A stretch of 64,000 bases of DNA from Octopus vulgaris (GCA_951406725.2 OX597830.1:43834001-43898000); one strand, 5' to 3'. Positions 40,751 through 54,765 are shown, numbered from the stretch's first letter. Translations and numbers: made by a program. Notes: generated by a model not told the origin, from the letters alone.

Positions 40751-41305
40751 TATACACACACACACACACACAATTATATATATATATATCACGTAAAAAG
40801 CACCATTTGAGTGCAGTCGATGCCAGTACCGCCTGACTGGCCCTCATGCCGGTGGCACGTAAAATGCACCCACTACACTCTCCCAGTGGCTGGTGTTAGG
40901 AAGGGCACCCAGCTGTAGAAACTTTGCCATATCAGATTGGAGCCTGGTGCAGCCTTTTGGCTTGCTTGCCCTCAGTCAAACCATCCAGCCCATGCCAGCA
41001 TGGAAAGCGGATGTTAAACGATGATGATGATAGTGATGATGATGATATATATATATATATTTAAAAATAGGCAAGCAAACAAATAAATAAATGAACAGAC
41101 ATACATAGAGACAGACAGACAGACAAAAAATAATTATTTTAATAATTGCCAGCAAGATCTACCTCCAAAGTCTTGGTGGGATTGAGGTACCCCACATTGT
41201 TGGGTAGGTATGAAACTTGCCTGAAAAATGCATGATGTGTGTTTATTTTGTCCATATGTTTGCATCTATATATCTGTATGTATGAGAATGAGTGAGAGAA
41301 AGTAA

Positions 41306-41360
<55 letters not shown>

Positions 41361-43997
41361 GGCAGAAAGACAGACAGGCGGGCAGGCACAAGGAAAGAAA
41401 GCAAGATTTTTGAATGAAAATGAGCACTCTTGGGAACGAATGTCATAATTTTTACTATTACATTAGTATGTGAATAAACAACACGTGTTCAGGTGCTTCT
41501 TGGGTCAAAAGATATCATACGATCAAAGTTACAAAGGTATCAGTCACTTCCGACTGACCTTTCAAGAACAGTTTTTTTCTCAACCCATTTCTGAGTGAGA
41601 CTGACCATAACACATAAACCAGACTCTGAAGCTGACTCTGGGCACCTTAACAGAATCCCTGTCCAATGATAGAAACCTTGGCAATGGCTGGCATGAGCTT
41701 GCTTCTACTTAGCACTTTAAATGCATCTCTGAGTTTAGCCATTCAGCCTCACCAGCATCTTGTTCACTTGCTTTTTCTTATTACTTATTTTTCTTTATTA
41801 TTATTGATAAGCTTTGATAACAAAACAGGAATATATGTTATAAATTTGCCAAATCTTGTTATCATCCTTCATTTCTAAAACATAAATCATGTATAATAAC
41901 GATTGAGTTCATTAAAGTATCAGTTAAAAAAAATTTTTTAAAATTTATACTGTGTACCAATAGTGTTACACGATGCCGGTTGGGACAGTTACCGGTGTAC
42001 TGTATATGGTGCACAATGTGGTTAAAGTGTTAGGAAAACCTTGGTTACTTCTTCTGCAAGAACACATTTGATGTGAACATCAAAAAAATATTCTACCAGA
42101 ACATAAGTAACTTCTTTTTAAAGTTCTCTCTTACAGACTTTCTATAGAAATTAGAGACAGCACAGAAGGTTATAATGTTTCATATACGAATACACCTATG
42201 TAAACAATGCACTCAATGATAGAAAAATAGGAAATGGCCCTAATTTCTATAGAAAATTGATAGAGATAACTTTAAAAGGTAATTGAATTGTACTGCTAAC
42301 ACTGGTAGGTCACAATATTGATGTATAAGTCTTTAACATACTTCATACATTATGGTTGCAAAATAAAATCTGGTGTTCCTATCAGCAATTAATAAGTAGC
42401 TTCTACATAGTTAGAAGGTTCCTAGAACTGCTAAGAACCGACAAAATTACCAATTTTAGAGTAAGGTAGTTTACTTTTATTCATGGTGCTTTATCAGGAA
42501 CATTGATAAAGATGACTATCGGTGCAGGCATTACTGTGTGGTTGAGAAATTTGCTGAACAACCATGAGGTTGAGGTTTTGATCCCACACCTTGACAACTT
42601 TAGCCTCGGATTGACCAATGCCGTGGGAACAAAATATTGTCAACAGATGGAAGTAGCATTGCAGTCTCTTGTGTGTGTTTATACACATGTGCATGCATGT
42701 GCTGTTTGTATGTGCATCATTGCAGTGACAGCACTTGGGTTGCATTAACATGTTTATATCTCCCATAAACAAAATTAAGTCTGGTAGCTTGGCAGTGCAA
42801 CATTGTAAAGCTGCAGGTTAAAATGTTTTACTTAAAAACGAGTGATGGTTTGCATCAGGAAGAGCATTCAGACACAACATACTGCTTTTAATAGACCTCG
42901 TGCAATCCATGTTGATATGGAGGGGGAAGGGCAAAGAGGAGGAGTAGAAAGAGGAAGAGGGTGAGAGGTGGAAAAGGAAGGAGAAGAGGAAGTGGATTTG
43001 AAGAGTGGTGACTTAAGAATCAAGAATGAATACTCAGCTTGTTAATAAAGAGGAAAACAATATTAATTCATGTTGTGTCTGGAGAAGTCATTTTCTTTTT
43101 GTGTTTTATAATGTAACACACTCACCGGCAAAATTTCCACTTTTTTCTTATTTTTATTTTCCTAAAATTTTCATTGCGTTTTGCAACCTTTTCAATAGTC
43201 TTGACTCTGTCCGTTACTTACACTGCGTTCCCTTTTGTTTGTTTGTGTGCATGTGTGTGGGTCAGTGTGTGTGTGTGTGCCTAAACATGCATGCATGAAC
43301 GTATGTATGTATGTGTGTGTTTGCTTGTGTATGTATGTATATATGTGTGTGTATGCATATGTATATATGTATGTATGTGAGTGTGTTACATTATAAGGCA
43401 CAAAAATAAAATGACTCTCCCCAGACACAACAGAATATGCTTCAACACCTCAAATAAAGAATCTTGCAAACCAAATCTAAAAACGAAATATTAATTCATG
43501 ATAAATATAAAAAAAAAGTATCATAGACTTCCAAAACTGCCAACTGATAACCTGTTTAGAAACAGACAATATATAAAAATTTTGACATCCGTAGACATAC
43601 TGTCCACTAGAATGGTGGTCATCTGGAAGGAAATATATTTTCCAGAGAAGCAGAGAGGTTGTCAGTGAAGGGTGGAGAGATGGGGAGAACAATGATTGAT
43701 AAAAAATGAGCAATTTTAACTTTTACTTCTACTTGTTTCAATCATTAGACTGTGGCCATACTGCAGCACTACTTTGAAGAATTTTAGTTGAAAAAAATCG
43801 AACCCAGCGCTTATTGCCTGGTATATATTTTACTGGACCCTTTTGCCAAACCACTAAGTTACAAGGATGTAAACACACCAACACTGGTTGTCAAGCAGAA
43901 GAGGTGGACAAACACAGACACAAAAACACCCCCCACCCATGTGTTTATACACACACACACACACACATATATATACATACATACATATATGTATATA

Positions 43998-44035
<38 letters not shown>

Positions 44036-44589
44036 GAAATGAGGTACTCAGAAATCCGGATGGTTTTATATTTACAAATATTTATTAGTATGTTCTATGT
44101 TTTTATACATCATATACCATATATCATATATTAGCACTTTTGTCCATTCTAGTGGAGTCTTCAAATTGAACTAAGTTTTTGCAGGAATTTTGACTCTTTT
44201 TATAGTATTATTGAGTGTGTAGTAGTGGAGAGAGAAATAAGATAGTACAAGAGGGTGATGAATGGGGAGAAAGTGAGAGAGAGAGAGAGCATGTGTGTGT
44301 GTGTGCGTGTGCATGTGTGTGTGTGTGCGTGTACGTGTGTGCGTGTGTATGTGTGTGTGTGTTTTTGTATCTGAAAGACGTGTTAAAGAAAAAGAAGGAA
44401 AGGAAGAAAAAGGAGAGAAAGAAAAAACATTTTTGTTGATCTCTTTGCAGCTGGTCAGATAGTCAATAATAATTCTTGGCTTTTAGTAATGGCAAATCCA
44501 GCTGTTTACTCCAAGGGGAGCAAAATGTCACTTTTCGAAAAATTGTTTGGATTTCCTTTTTATCATTGTCTTGTGAGAGAGAGAGAGAG

Positions 44590-44623
<34 letters not shown>

Positions 44624-44904
44624 TGCATGCGTGTGTGTGTGTGTGTGTGTTTTTGTATCTGAAAGGACATATATGTATGTCATTGCCAGAACCGCCTGAC
44701 TGGCCCTCGTGCCAGTGGCACGTAAAAGCACCTATTACACTCTCAGAGTGGTTGGTATTAGGAAGGGCATCCAGCTGTAGAAACTTTGCCAGATCAGATT
44801 GAGCATGGTGCAGCCATCTGGTTCGCCAGTCCCCAGTCAAACCATCCAACCCATGCCAGCATGGAAAGCGGCCGTAAAACAATGATGGTATATATATATA
44901 TATA

Positions 44905-46109
44905 CAGAGGTTGGACAAAATAATGGAAACACCTACCATCATAGCATCATAATTTTGAAATATCTATAAAACCATCGAAAGCTTGTTTATTTTTGTTTTT
45001 TGATTTATTGTTAGTGTTTCTTAATATGTTTTGCTAAAATTGCTGTTTCTTTTCAGATATCATCAGGAAAAGGCAATTAAAATTCATTAAAATGACAGAT
45101 CTATTGGACTTTCAAAGAGGTCAAATTGTTGGTGCTCGCATGGCAAGCGCTAGCATAACCAAAACAGCTGAAATGTTTGGTGTATCAAGAAGTACTGTCT
45201 CAAAAGTAATGACAGCCTTTGAGAAAGAGAGAAAAACCTCCTTGTTTAAACAAAACTCCGGAAGAAAACCAAAACTTTCAGATAGGGACCATTAGACTCT
45301 TACACGAATTGTTAGAAAGGATCACAAAAGTACAGCTCCCAAAATTACTGCAGAGCTTACTGACTACCTCAAGAACCCAATTTCCACTAAAACTGTTCAC
45401 CGGGAGCTATTGCAAAGAGTGGAGTAAAAACCTACAGAATTGGTCCCTAGAGCAGTGGAAGAATGTTATTTTCTCAGACAAGTCATCTTTTATCATATTT
45501 CCAACCACCAGCCAGGTATACGTATGGAGACAGCGAAAAGAAGCATTTGGCCCAGACTGCTTTCTTCCAACTGTTAAAAATGGAGGAGGATCTGTGATGA
45601 TCTGTGGGGACGGGTATGTCTTGGAAATCCACTGGCCCAATAGTTTCTCTTCATGGCAGAATTAATAGTCAAGACTATTTAAGCATTTTATCTGATCAAA
45701 TTCATCCTATGGTTGCAGAACTGATTCTGGAGGGAAACGCAATCTTTCAAGATGATAATGCACCAATTAACACAGCTGAAGTTGTTACTGAATGGCATGA
45801 GGAAAATTTTAGTGAAGTTGAACATCTTATTTGGCCACCACAGACCCCAGATCTCAATATTATTGAACATTTATGGTGTATTTTACAAAAACAAGTAAGG
45901 AGTCAATATCCTCCAATATCATCACTACAAGAACTGGAGACTCTTTTAGCTGAAGAATGGGCAAAAATTCCTTTGGAAACAATTCAAACTCTCTCTGAGT
46001 TCATACCTCATAGAATTCAAGCTATAATTACTGCCAAAGGTGATCCTATCTCATATTAAAATAAATTGGTTTGAAATTTTAAGGTGTTTCAATCATTTTG
46101 TCCAACCTC

Positions 46110-46111
<2 letters not shown>
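44905..46111 (+). mobile_element. Tc1-family transposon, near full length, DD36E-type, frameshifted transposase (45092-46059)
   Basis: TIRs CAGAGGTTGGACAAAATAATGGAAACACCT / AGGTGTTTCAATCATTTTGTCCAACCTCTG; TA at left; MTDLLDFQRGQIVGAR HTH, GRKPKL, IFSDKS, FQDDNAP, PDLNIIEHLW. Confidence 0.92.
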
Positions 46112-46154
<43 letters not shown>

Positions 46155-46157
<3 letters not shown>

Positions 46158-46328
46158 AGAGATTTTGTCTGTTTGTGTGTTTGTTCATTTGTTTGTCTGC
46201 CAAAATGAAAGTGAATGGTTCAAGGGAAGCTATTATGTATATTTATCTATCTTTTATATATATCATCATCATCCTCATCATCATTTAACGTCTGCTTTCC
46301 ATGCTAGCATGGGTTGGACGATTTTGAC

Positions 46329-46330
<2 letters not shown>
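46155..46330 (+). repeat. 176-bp direct repeat, copy 1 (copy 2 at 49328-49503)
   Basis: Near identical, with two substitutions noticed; the two copies flank the 46331-49305 insertion. Confidence 0.95.
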
Positions 46331-46374
<44 letters not shown>

Positions 46375-49297
46375 ACACACACATACGTAGACCCATCTAC
46401 GTACATACATTCACACATTTAATCACACACACTTATAGACATACATGCACACACTAACATACAAACCAACATGCACATACACACACACATACATACATAC
46501 ACACACACATACATACTTACACACACACACACACACACACAGACATACATACACACATACATACACACATACATACGCACATACATACACACACACTCAC
46601 ACACACACACCGCACGTACATACTTCACACACACACACATGCACACATACATGTAGGCACACACATACATACATACCCACACATGCACACCCTTTACACT
46701 GAATGCACACACACATACACCTTTTTGCATCCAGGCAGCCCCCCCTCTTTTCTGCTTTCCGGTTTTGGCTGATGGATCCTCGGTTCCCGCGCAGCGGGGC
46801 GTTCGAGGGCCTTTGCACTCGCGCACCTTGGCGCGCGCTGGGGGCTTTGTCGGCCCCCTGGGCTTGCGTTGTACTGCTTGTGCGTTGTGTGCGTGAGCGC
46901 ACTTCGTGTGTGTGGGCTTGCTTCGGATGTGCGCGTGCGTATGTATGCATACATACCCACACACTCGCATGCATCCCTACCCACATACACACACGCACAC
47001 CTACTCACACACACACATACACACACACACACATACCCGCACACACACACACATACATACATACACACACATACCTACTTCAGACATACACACACACAGA
47101 CATACACCCATACACTCACACTCACACGCATACACACACACACATACACACGCACACGTACACATACACACACACACACACACCTACATACATACATTAC
47201 ACTTGTATACACACACACTTACATTCATACACACACACACCTACACAGCCATACCCTCACTCAGACACACACATCTACCTACACACACACACAAACACAC
47301 ACAGACACACACCCATACACACATACATCTACACACACACGCCTACACACATACATACACACATACATAAACACACACACATACACACATACACACACAT
47401 ACGCACACACACATATACTTATACACATGCACACACACACACATACATACATATACCCATACACATACACACACAGATACCTACATACTCCTATACGCAC
47501 ATACATACACACAGACATACACACATACACACTCACACAAACATACACACACACATACTTACACACACACTCACCTGCACGCGCACACACATGCATGACA
47601 AACACCCATACACTCACACTCACATACGCACACACCAACATAAACACGCACACGCACACACACACCTACACTCCCACACACATACACACGCACCTACATA
47701 CACACACGCACGCACACACACGCATACACACATACATTACACACGTACACACACACCTACATACACATGCATACACACACACACATACAAACATGCACGG
47801 ACACACCCAGACATACATACATACACCTATATACACACGCCCACACACCTACATACACACACATATACACACGCCCACACACCTACATACACACACATAC
47901 ACGGACACACCCATACATACTTACATACATACACCTATACACACACGCCTACACACCTACATACACACACACACACACATGTACGCACATACACACACAT
48001 ATACGCACATACATATATACCCACACACATGCACACACACACACATACGCACATGCATGCATGCATGCACACGCGCACACCTACACGCATACACACACAC
48101 ACACGCACGTACACATACATACATACACACACGCATACATACACCCATACACATACATGCATCCTACACACACATACATACACACTCACACATACATACA
48201 CACACACACACTCACTCACACACCTGTATGTACGCGCACACACATGCACATACACACACTTCCCCACACCCACACGTACATACATACACACTCATACACA
48301 TACACACACACACACACACACGGACATACATCTATGCACACACATATATACACACATACTCACATACATTCATCGGACACACTGCCACCCAGACATACAC
48401 ACAGACACACTCACACATCCACACACATACATACTTACGCGCATACTCGCAGGCGCGCGCACACACGCGCTTGCGCCGGTTCGCGCACACATACGCGCCG
48501 CATGCACCTCGCTCTTGGACCCGACGAGACCTCCCGCGCGTTCTTGGGACCGTCGCTTGTCGTTGGGTTTTCCCACGCCCGTCTCCGCGGGACCACTCTT
48601 CCATCTTCCCCTCAGCTGGAGTCCTTTTTCCTTACCCCCCCCTTTTTGTTACACACACGCGCACACATATACACACATTGCTTAAATATATACATTACTC
48701 TTACACACATTCAATCTACTCGCCATTAATACTACCACGACACTGGACACACACACACACTACTACTCAACACACGCTGGCACGCTACATACGCCCCCAC
48801 CCCTTCCCCTCCCTCCCTTCCTCCTTCCTTCTTTTTCTTACTACTGACCTTTGTCTGCTATGCCGACCACTGTCTCGCCCTACCTCACACGCCTACACAC
48901 AGACGCACACACTAACACATACATATATTTTTTGTCTTTTTATCTCGCCTCACACACACACATACACACACGCACACGCACACACTCACACATACACACA
49001 CATCTGTTGCGTTACCAACCTTGTCTCCACTCTTTTGCCTTTAAAAACATACTTTGCTCTTGTTATCGTAAACTTCCGCCTTCACCATGTGTAACTCGTA
49101 AACACCAGTCGTTTTTTTTTCTCTATCCCTGTTGCCCGCTTTGGGATCTTTCTTTCCTCTCTCTTCCTTCTTTATGTTTCCGACGAAGAGCTCCGCTCGA
49201 AACGTCATACCCTCCTGCTTCCATTTCCTGAGCGCCTATTAATAATAATACTGTAATTGTTCCATTGTTGTTGTTTTTTTGTTTTCCCGTTTGGATT

Positions 49298-49305
<8 letters not shown>
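46331..49305 (+). mobile_element. Non-autonomous PLE-like insertion: CA-rich cryptic repeat with two complementary GC-rich arms and a hammerhead-like terminus
   Basis: Bounded by the 176-bp duplication; 3' part homologous to 34945-35570; CCGACGAA-GAGC-TCC-GCTC-GAAA-CG-TC at 49180-49206. Confidence 0.6.
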
Positions 49306-49328
<23 letters not shown>

Positions 49329-49795
49329 AGAGAGATTTTGTCCGTTTGTGTGTTTGTTCATTTGTTTGTCTGCCAAAATGAAAGTGAATGGTTCAAGGGA
49401 AGCTATTATGTATATTTATCTATCTTTTATATATATCATCATCATCCTCATTATCATTTAACGTCTGCTTTCCATGCTAGCATGGGTTGGACGATTTTGA
49501 CTGATGGCTGGCAAACCAGATGGCTGCACCAGGCTGCAACATTGATCTGGCAGAGTTTCTACAGCTGGATACCCTCCCTAACGCCAACCACTCCGAGAGT
49601 GTATGGGGTGCTTTTTACATGCCACCGGTACAGGGGCCAGTCAGGCGGTACTGGCAATGACCTCGCTTGAATCTTTTTACACATGTCACTGGCACGGGTG
49701 CCAGTAAGGCAACGTTGATAACGATCATGCTCAAATGGTGCCCTTTTACGTGCCACCGGCACAGAAGCCAATGGGCTGCTCTGGCAACGTTCACG

Positions 49796-49829
<34 letters not shown>

Positions 49830-49833
<4 letters not shown>

Positions 49834-50100
49834 CAGAGAGATTCTGTCCATTTTTTCGTTCAGAATTATGCACAACATTTTGCACAAACCTATGAGAAAC
49901 TGCATTAAGACAAATATTCTCATTTGTGGTAAATGTGACACCGTCTTCCTTCCTTGTAAACCAGTTATACCATCTAATGTCCCATTCTAATTTAAGCCCT
50001 TACAGTTTCCTATGCCACTTTCTTTTGCCATGAGCATTAATAAAACTCAGTGCCAAACACTAAAAGTTGCTGGACTGCACAACTTGAAGAACAAACGGAA
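49830..50100 (+). mobile_element. Helitron fragment with PIF1-like helicase C-terminal remnant
   Basis: VFLPCKPVIPSNVPF*FK..LQFP..LSFAMSINKTQCQTLKVAGL matches the FAMTINKSQGQTL helicase motif. Confidence 0.75.
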
Positions 50101-50497
50101 GTTCGTATATGAAATCCATCTTTTTTCTACTTCAATTATTACATGTTTTTCTCTTATATAATACACACATACAGGATGAGTCAATCTAAATCTGTAATTG
50201 TAGTCTCACCCTGGTTCAGATTCTCAACTGAATCCTTCAATTCTCCTTGGGCATACGGCCTATTCAAATGTCAAAAGAAACCATGACAAATGGATTTTCC
50301 ACTTCACCTGTGTCCTTCTCAGTGCCATCGCACAGTCACCTGAATTCCGTAAAGCTATTCTTCTCGCTTCATGTTCAGACTGAATCGTTCAATTCTCCTT
50401 TGGCATACCACCTATTCAAATGTTCATTCCGTTTCAAAAGCATATCAGAAACAGAATACCAGTCCAAGCAATTCTTTGCTTAGAGTTTGTGAGAGAT

Positions 50498-51030
50498 ACA
50501 TCATCATCATCATTGTTCAACCGTGGTCGAGACAATGGAATTTACCATGCTACGCCAGACTTCACGGTCCATCATGGCATTACGGAGGTCCTGTTGCTGG
50601 ATGCCTGTATCCCTGGAGATTACATCAGGGTAGGAGAGTGTGTGCCCTCTGGTATTGCGAGTAGATGGCTTCCAGAGGAGAAGAGTAGAAATTACTTCTT
50701 TTTCAGCTCTACAACAATGTCCAGCAAACTGGACTCTCCTACCTTTCACAAGAGATGACACATGTGGTAGTTTCCCATATATTTGCATTTTGGTTGGATG
50801 GCGCTTCCACGAGAGATTTTGAGCTCTCATAAGGAGGCGAGTGTAGGTTCCATCCAACCGCCTCTCAAGCTTCTTTGATAACGTCCAGGTTTCTGAGTCA
50901 TATAGTAGAATTGGTTCGACTGTGGCTTTGAAGATTTCAAGTTTGAAGTCTCTACTTAGATTTGATGACCAGATCTTATGCATGTCATTACAGGCTGACC
51001 AAGCCATACCCTTTCTAGTTAGAAAGATAC
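50498..51030 (-). mobile_element. RTE-clade LINE 3' end with (GAT)n tail
   Basis: Open frame KGMAWSACNDMHKIW..LLYDSETWTL..LDGTYTRLLMR..FAGHCCR..MMDREVWR. Confidence 0.9.
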
Positions 51031-51540
51031 ATACATTATAGCAAGAAATCTTTTCTAGCTTTACTAGGTGTTCATGAGCCATACTTTTAGAAACTTCCAA
51101 CTCATCTGCTAATTCTCTAGTCATGATAATTGAGTTTTCTTTGATTTTTTACTTTTGAAACATCTTCATCCAATTTTGAAGGTCTTCCACTGTGACTTCC
51201 AAGCTAAACTCTCCATCTTCAAATTTTGCAAACCATCTTCAAACAGTTGATTCACCTACAGCATCATCACCAGAAATTTCACAAATGTTTTGCAAGTCTT
51301 TGCAGCATTTTCCCCTTTTTTAAAAAAGAAAAGCATTACAATGTGAATATGAAATTTTTGGTTATCCCTTTCAAATACTGATAAAGGGTAACCGGAATGA
51401 AAGATAACTCTATTTTTAGTCAAGAACAAAGAAGAGATGCACCACCACTTCAAGCAATGCCAAAGTTTTAACTGTGCTACATTTCAGGTGTATTCAATGA
51501 AGCATTAAAAGATTTAGCTTAAAAACGTTCAGAACTTATA
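51031..51540 (-). mobile_element. mariner (Mos1/SETMAR-like) transposase N-terminal fragment
   Basis: VMLFFFKKGENAAKT..GDDAVGESTV*RWFAKFEDGEFSL..GRPSKLDED..MTRELADELEVSKS. Confidence 0.85.
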
Positions 51541-54500
51541 TATAATATATATATATATGTATAAAAGATGGGCTTCTTTCAGTTTCTGTCTACTAAATCC
51601 ACTCCGTGTGGTAGAGTAGGCTCATCAAACCAGTATGATCTCAAGCTCAAATTCACAGCTTCCACATTAGATAGAGACCCTGGTCCAGTTCAGTATTAGT
51701 CACATGACATATTGGTAAATTCTCACAAAATGGAATAATTCATACGCAACCCCTAAATACAGGAGAGCTACTGAACTAGAAAGTATGTCAAAAGAATGGC
51801 AACTACATTTTTTTTTCTTTTCAATTTTCTGTTTTTATCAATTTTTCATAAAATAAAGGGATTGACATAGATAATATTTGCTGTATGGTGAGAGGGTCTA
51901 TCAATAATCTTCAACTGCAAACAAAAATAAAATCTGTTACTTCATTTTGATATCTAAAAACAATAATGATAAAAAAAAAAACTGCATGTAACTTTAAAAC
52001 ACTTTTCAATTAAGGAAGTAATTAGCTTTGGAGGATTGTTATTTAAGTAACACTTGTCTTTGATAAGAGTTCATCATGAAAACCATTTAGGAAAAACATT
52101 TACCAACGCTGGCTTACAGAAGGAAACAATCAAAATTTGCTAAAACATCCTTAAAAAGCTTACTTCTTTAAATTAAAAAAAACAAACAAACAAAGAACTC
52201 TTGGCTAATGTGACTAAGAGGAAATCTATTCAAAACCTATTCCAGAACATTACTAAATATATCTTGAAATATGAGTAGAATTAAAAGTAACTTTAACCTA
52301 TATCAAACCAACCCACTGAAGATCTATGATACAAAGCTGCTTATCTTAAAATACTCGTATTTAAATATAAATATTCCAGCCTAAATATACTTAAGAACCG
52401 TTATTTTGACACCAAATGGTAAATGTTTCAGTGAATTTAAGTCTTTGTGTGTTTTTGAATGACTAATATGTATCGTCATCCTCGCCGTCGTCATCATCAC
52501 CATCATCATGATCATCACTGTCATTTCACATCTGTTTTCCTTGTTGGCATGAGTTAGTTTGACAAGTGCTGGCATGCTAAAAGACAGAGCCAGTATCTAT
52601 TGTCAGTTTTGCCATGGTTTCAATGGCTGGATGCCTTTCCTAAAGCCAACCATTTTGCAGAGTGTACTGGGCACTTTTTTTATGTGGCACCAGCAGCGGT
52701 GAGGTCACCAAGCAGCTTGCAATGCAAGACAAAGTTCCTTGAATTGGGAGGGAGAGGGTAGTATTGAGGGAGGTTGCTTTGTGCCAGTTGCTGAGAGGTT
52801 AAAAGACTAATAGAGAGATAGAGATAAGTTCCTTGCTGTAGAAGAGATTCAAGGGTTCCTCAGTTGGAGGTGAAAGGAGAGAAAGAGAGACTTAGAGAGA
52901 GAGAAATAAAGCTGGAAAGAGTATGAGAGATGGTGGTGGAGACATGTCAGGAGAAACTCTAAAAATATAGTGAGGCAGGCCATGTTGTAATTGTTTAAGT
53001 TTCAACAGTCTCAGATCAAGCTATTTGCCAGTCAGTTACATTTCCAAAAAGACTTTATTCACTTACATTCCAAATGCCACCTTAATAATAGAAAACTTAT
53101 ATGTTTTTACTAACTTTTAGGCACTGGTGTGGTAGGAAGCTTTGCTTCCCAACCATATCATTACAGGTTCAGTTCCACTGTGTGCAACCTTGAGCAAGTG
53201 TCTTCAACCATAATTTTGGGCCATGTGAGTGGATTTGGTAGATGGGAACCAAAAGAAACCCTGGCATGGCCTCCATCTAATGAGTAAAATGGAAAAGTAT
53301 GTTTAGTGTAGTTTTAAGGGAACATTAGTAATATGGCATCTAGAGGGGACACTGAATTAACAAAAAAAATCTCCTCCAAAACAGACCCTGTTGTCCTTAG
53401 AAAGATAAGGCATATTTAAAAAATTTTATTTATTTATTTATTTTTTGATGTGCTTTGTCCAACTGTAACACTTTGAGCTGCTGTTTTCTTCTGTAGCTCC
53501 AGGCTGACTAAAGTCTTGTAAAAGGATTTGGTAGATGGAAACTGAAAGAAGCCTGTCGTATATATATGTGTGTGTCTGTGTGGTAAGAAGCTTACTTCCC
53601 AACCACATGGCCCTGAGTTCAGTGCCACTGCATGTGGCTTCTACTATAGCCTCAGGCTGACCAAAGCCTTGTGACTGAATTTTGTAGATGGAAAGCAAAA
53701 TAAGTTTGTCCTCTCTCTCCAGAAATGTGTGTGTGTGTAGCAGCTATGGGAACATGTAGAATCACATTGATATGATGTAAACGACTACCAAATGTAGCAT
53801 GTAAATGTAACTCTTGAGGTTCTCGCGTCAGAGATACCAGTGAAGAACATCGAAGAATAACACCAAAAAGGAACAAATGTTATTTGTCACCAAAATATGG
53901 CAGACCCATAGGGGACAGTGCTACTGTTGTTTATAGCCCCAGGAAGACACCTCGTCCAGCTGACTAACAACATACAGCGTTTCCCATTAATCATCTGGTG
54001 TGAAGATGCAAAGGATTTCTTGCTGGCTTGACAAGCAACAAGCGAATGGATTTGGTTTCAAATCTCAGGCAAGCAGGGCCAAGTGAGGTCTCTCCCTCTT
54101 TCTCTCTCACTTTCTCTCTTTTTCTCTCCCTCTCTCTCTTTCTCTCTTTGTTTCGCTCTCTCTCTCCACACACACATACACATATGAGATTATATAAATG
54201 ACAAAAGAACAAGAAATTATTATAATGAATTTCATTAACTTACAGCTGTTTTTGTCATAAGGTAATGAAATTAATTACATAAGTTCTTGATCACTTGCCA
54301 TTTATATAATCTCTTACTACGCTCTGTTTCAGCAAATGCCTTTTTCTGAAATACATGTATACTGAGCCTTAACACAATGTTATCAGTATCACAATGTGTT
54401 AGTGAAATATTAACAGATATATCATGATCATAATCATAATCATAATCATCATCTGATGTCTGTTTTCCATGCTGGCATGGTCTGGATAGCTTGATAGGTA

Positions 54501-54765
54501 CTGGTAAGGCCAGGCACCGCACCAGGTTCCATTGTCTGTCTTGCTTTAGTTTCTACGGCTAGATGCCCTTCCTAACGCTAACGACTCCACAGAGTGTACT
54601 GGGTGCTTTTTACATGACACCAGCACCCACACCAGTTCTTTCAGAATATTGGAAATGATTGACATTGCCTGTATGAGAGTCACTTTCTTTTACAGCTATC
54701 ACACCATGTCACGGTAAGGAGACATAAATATATACACACACTCACATATACACATACATACATAC

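Noticed and set aside
46703-49094. 660-aa and 741-aa His/Thr-rich ORFs
   Set aside because: Stop-free only because of the CA-rich low-complexity repeat; open in several frames; no domain recognised
50510-51124. 204-aa ORF as a host gene or functional fusion
   Set aside because: Chance in-frame join of a mariner fragment and an RTE 3' end
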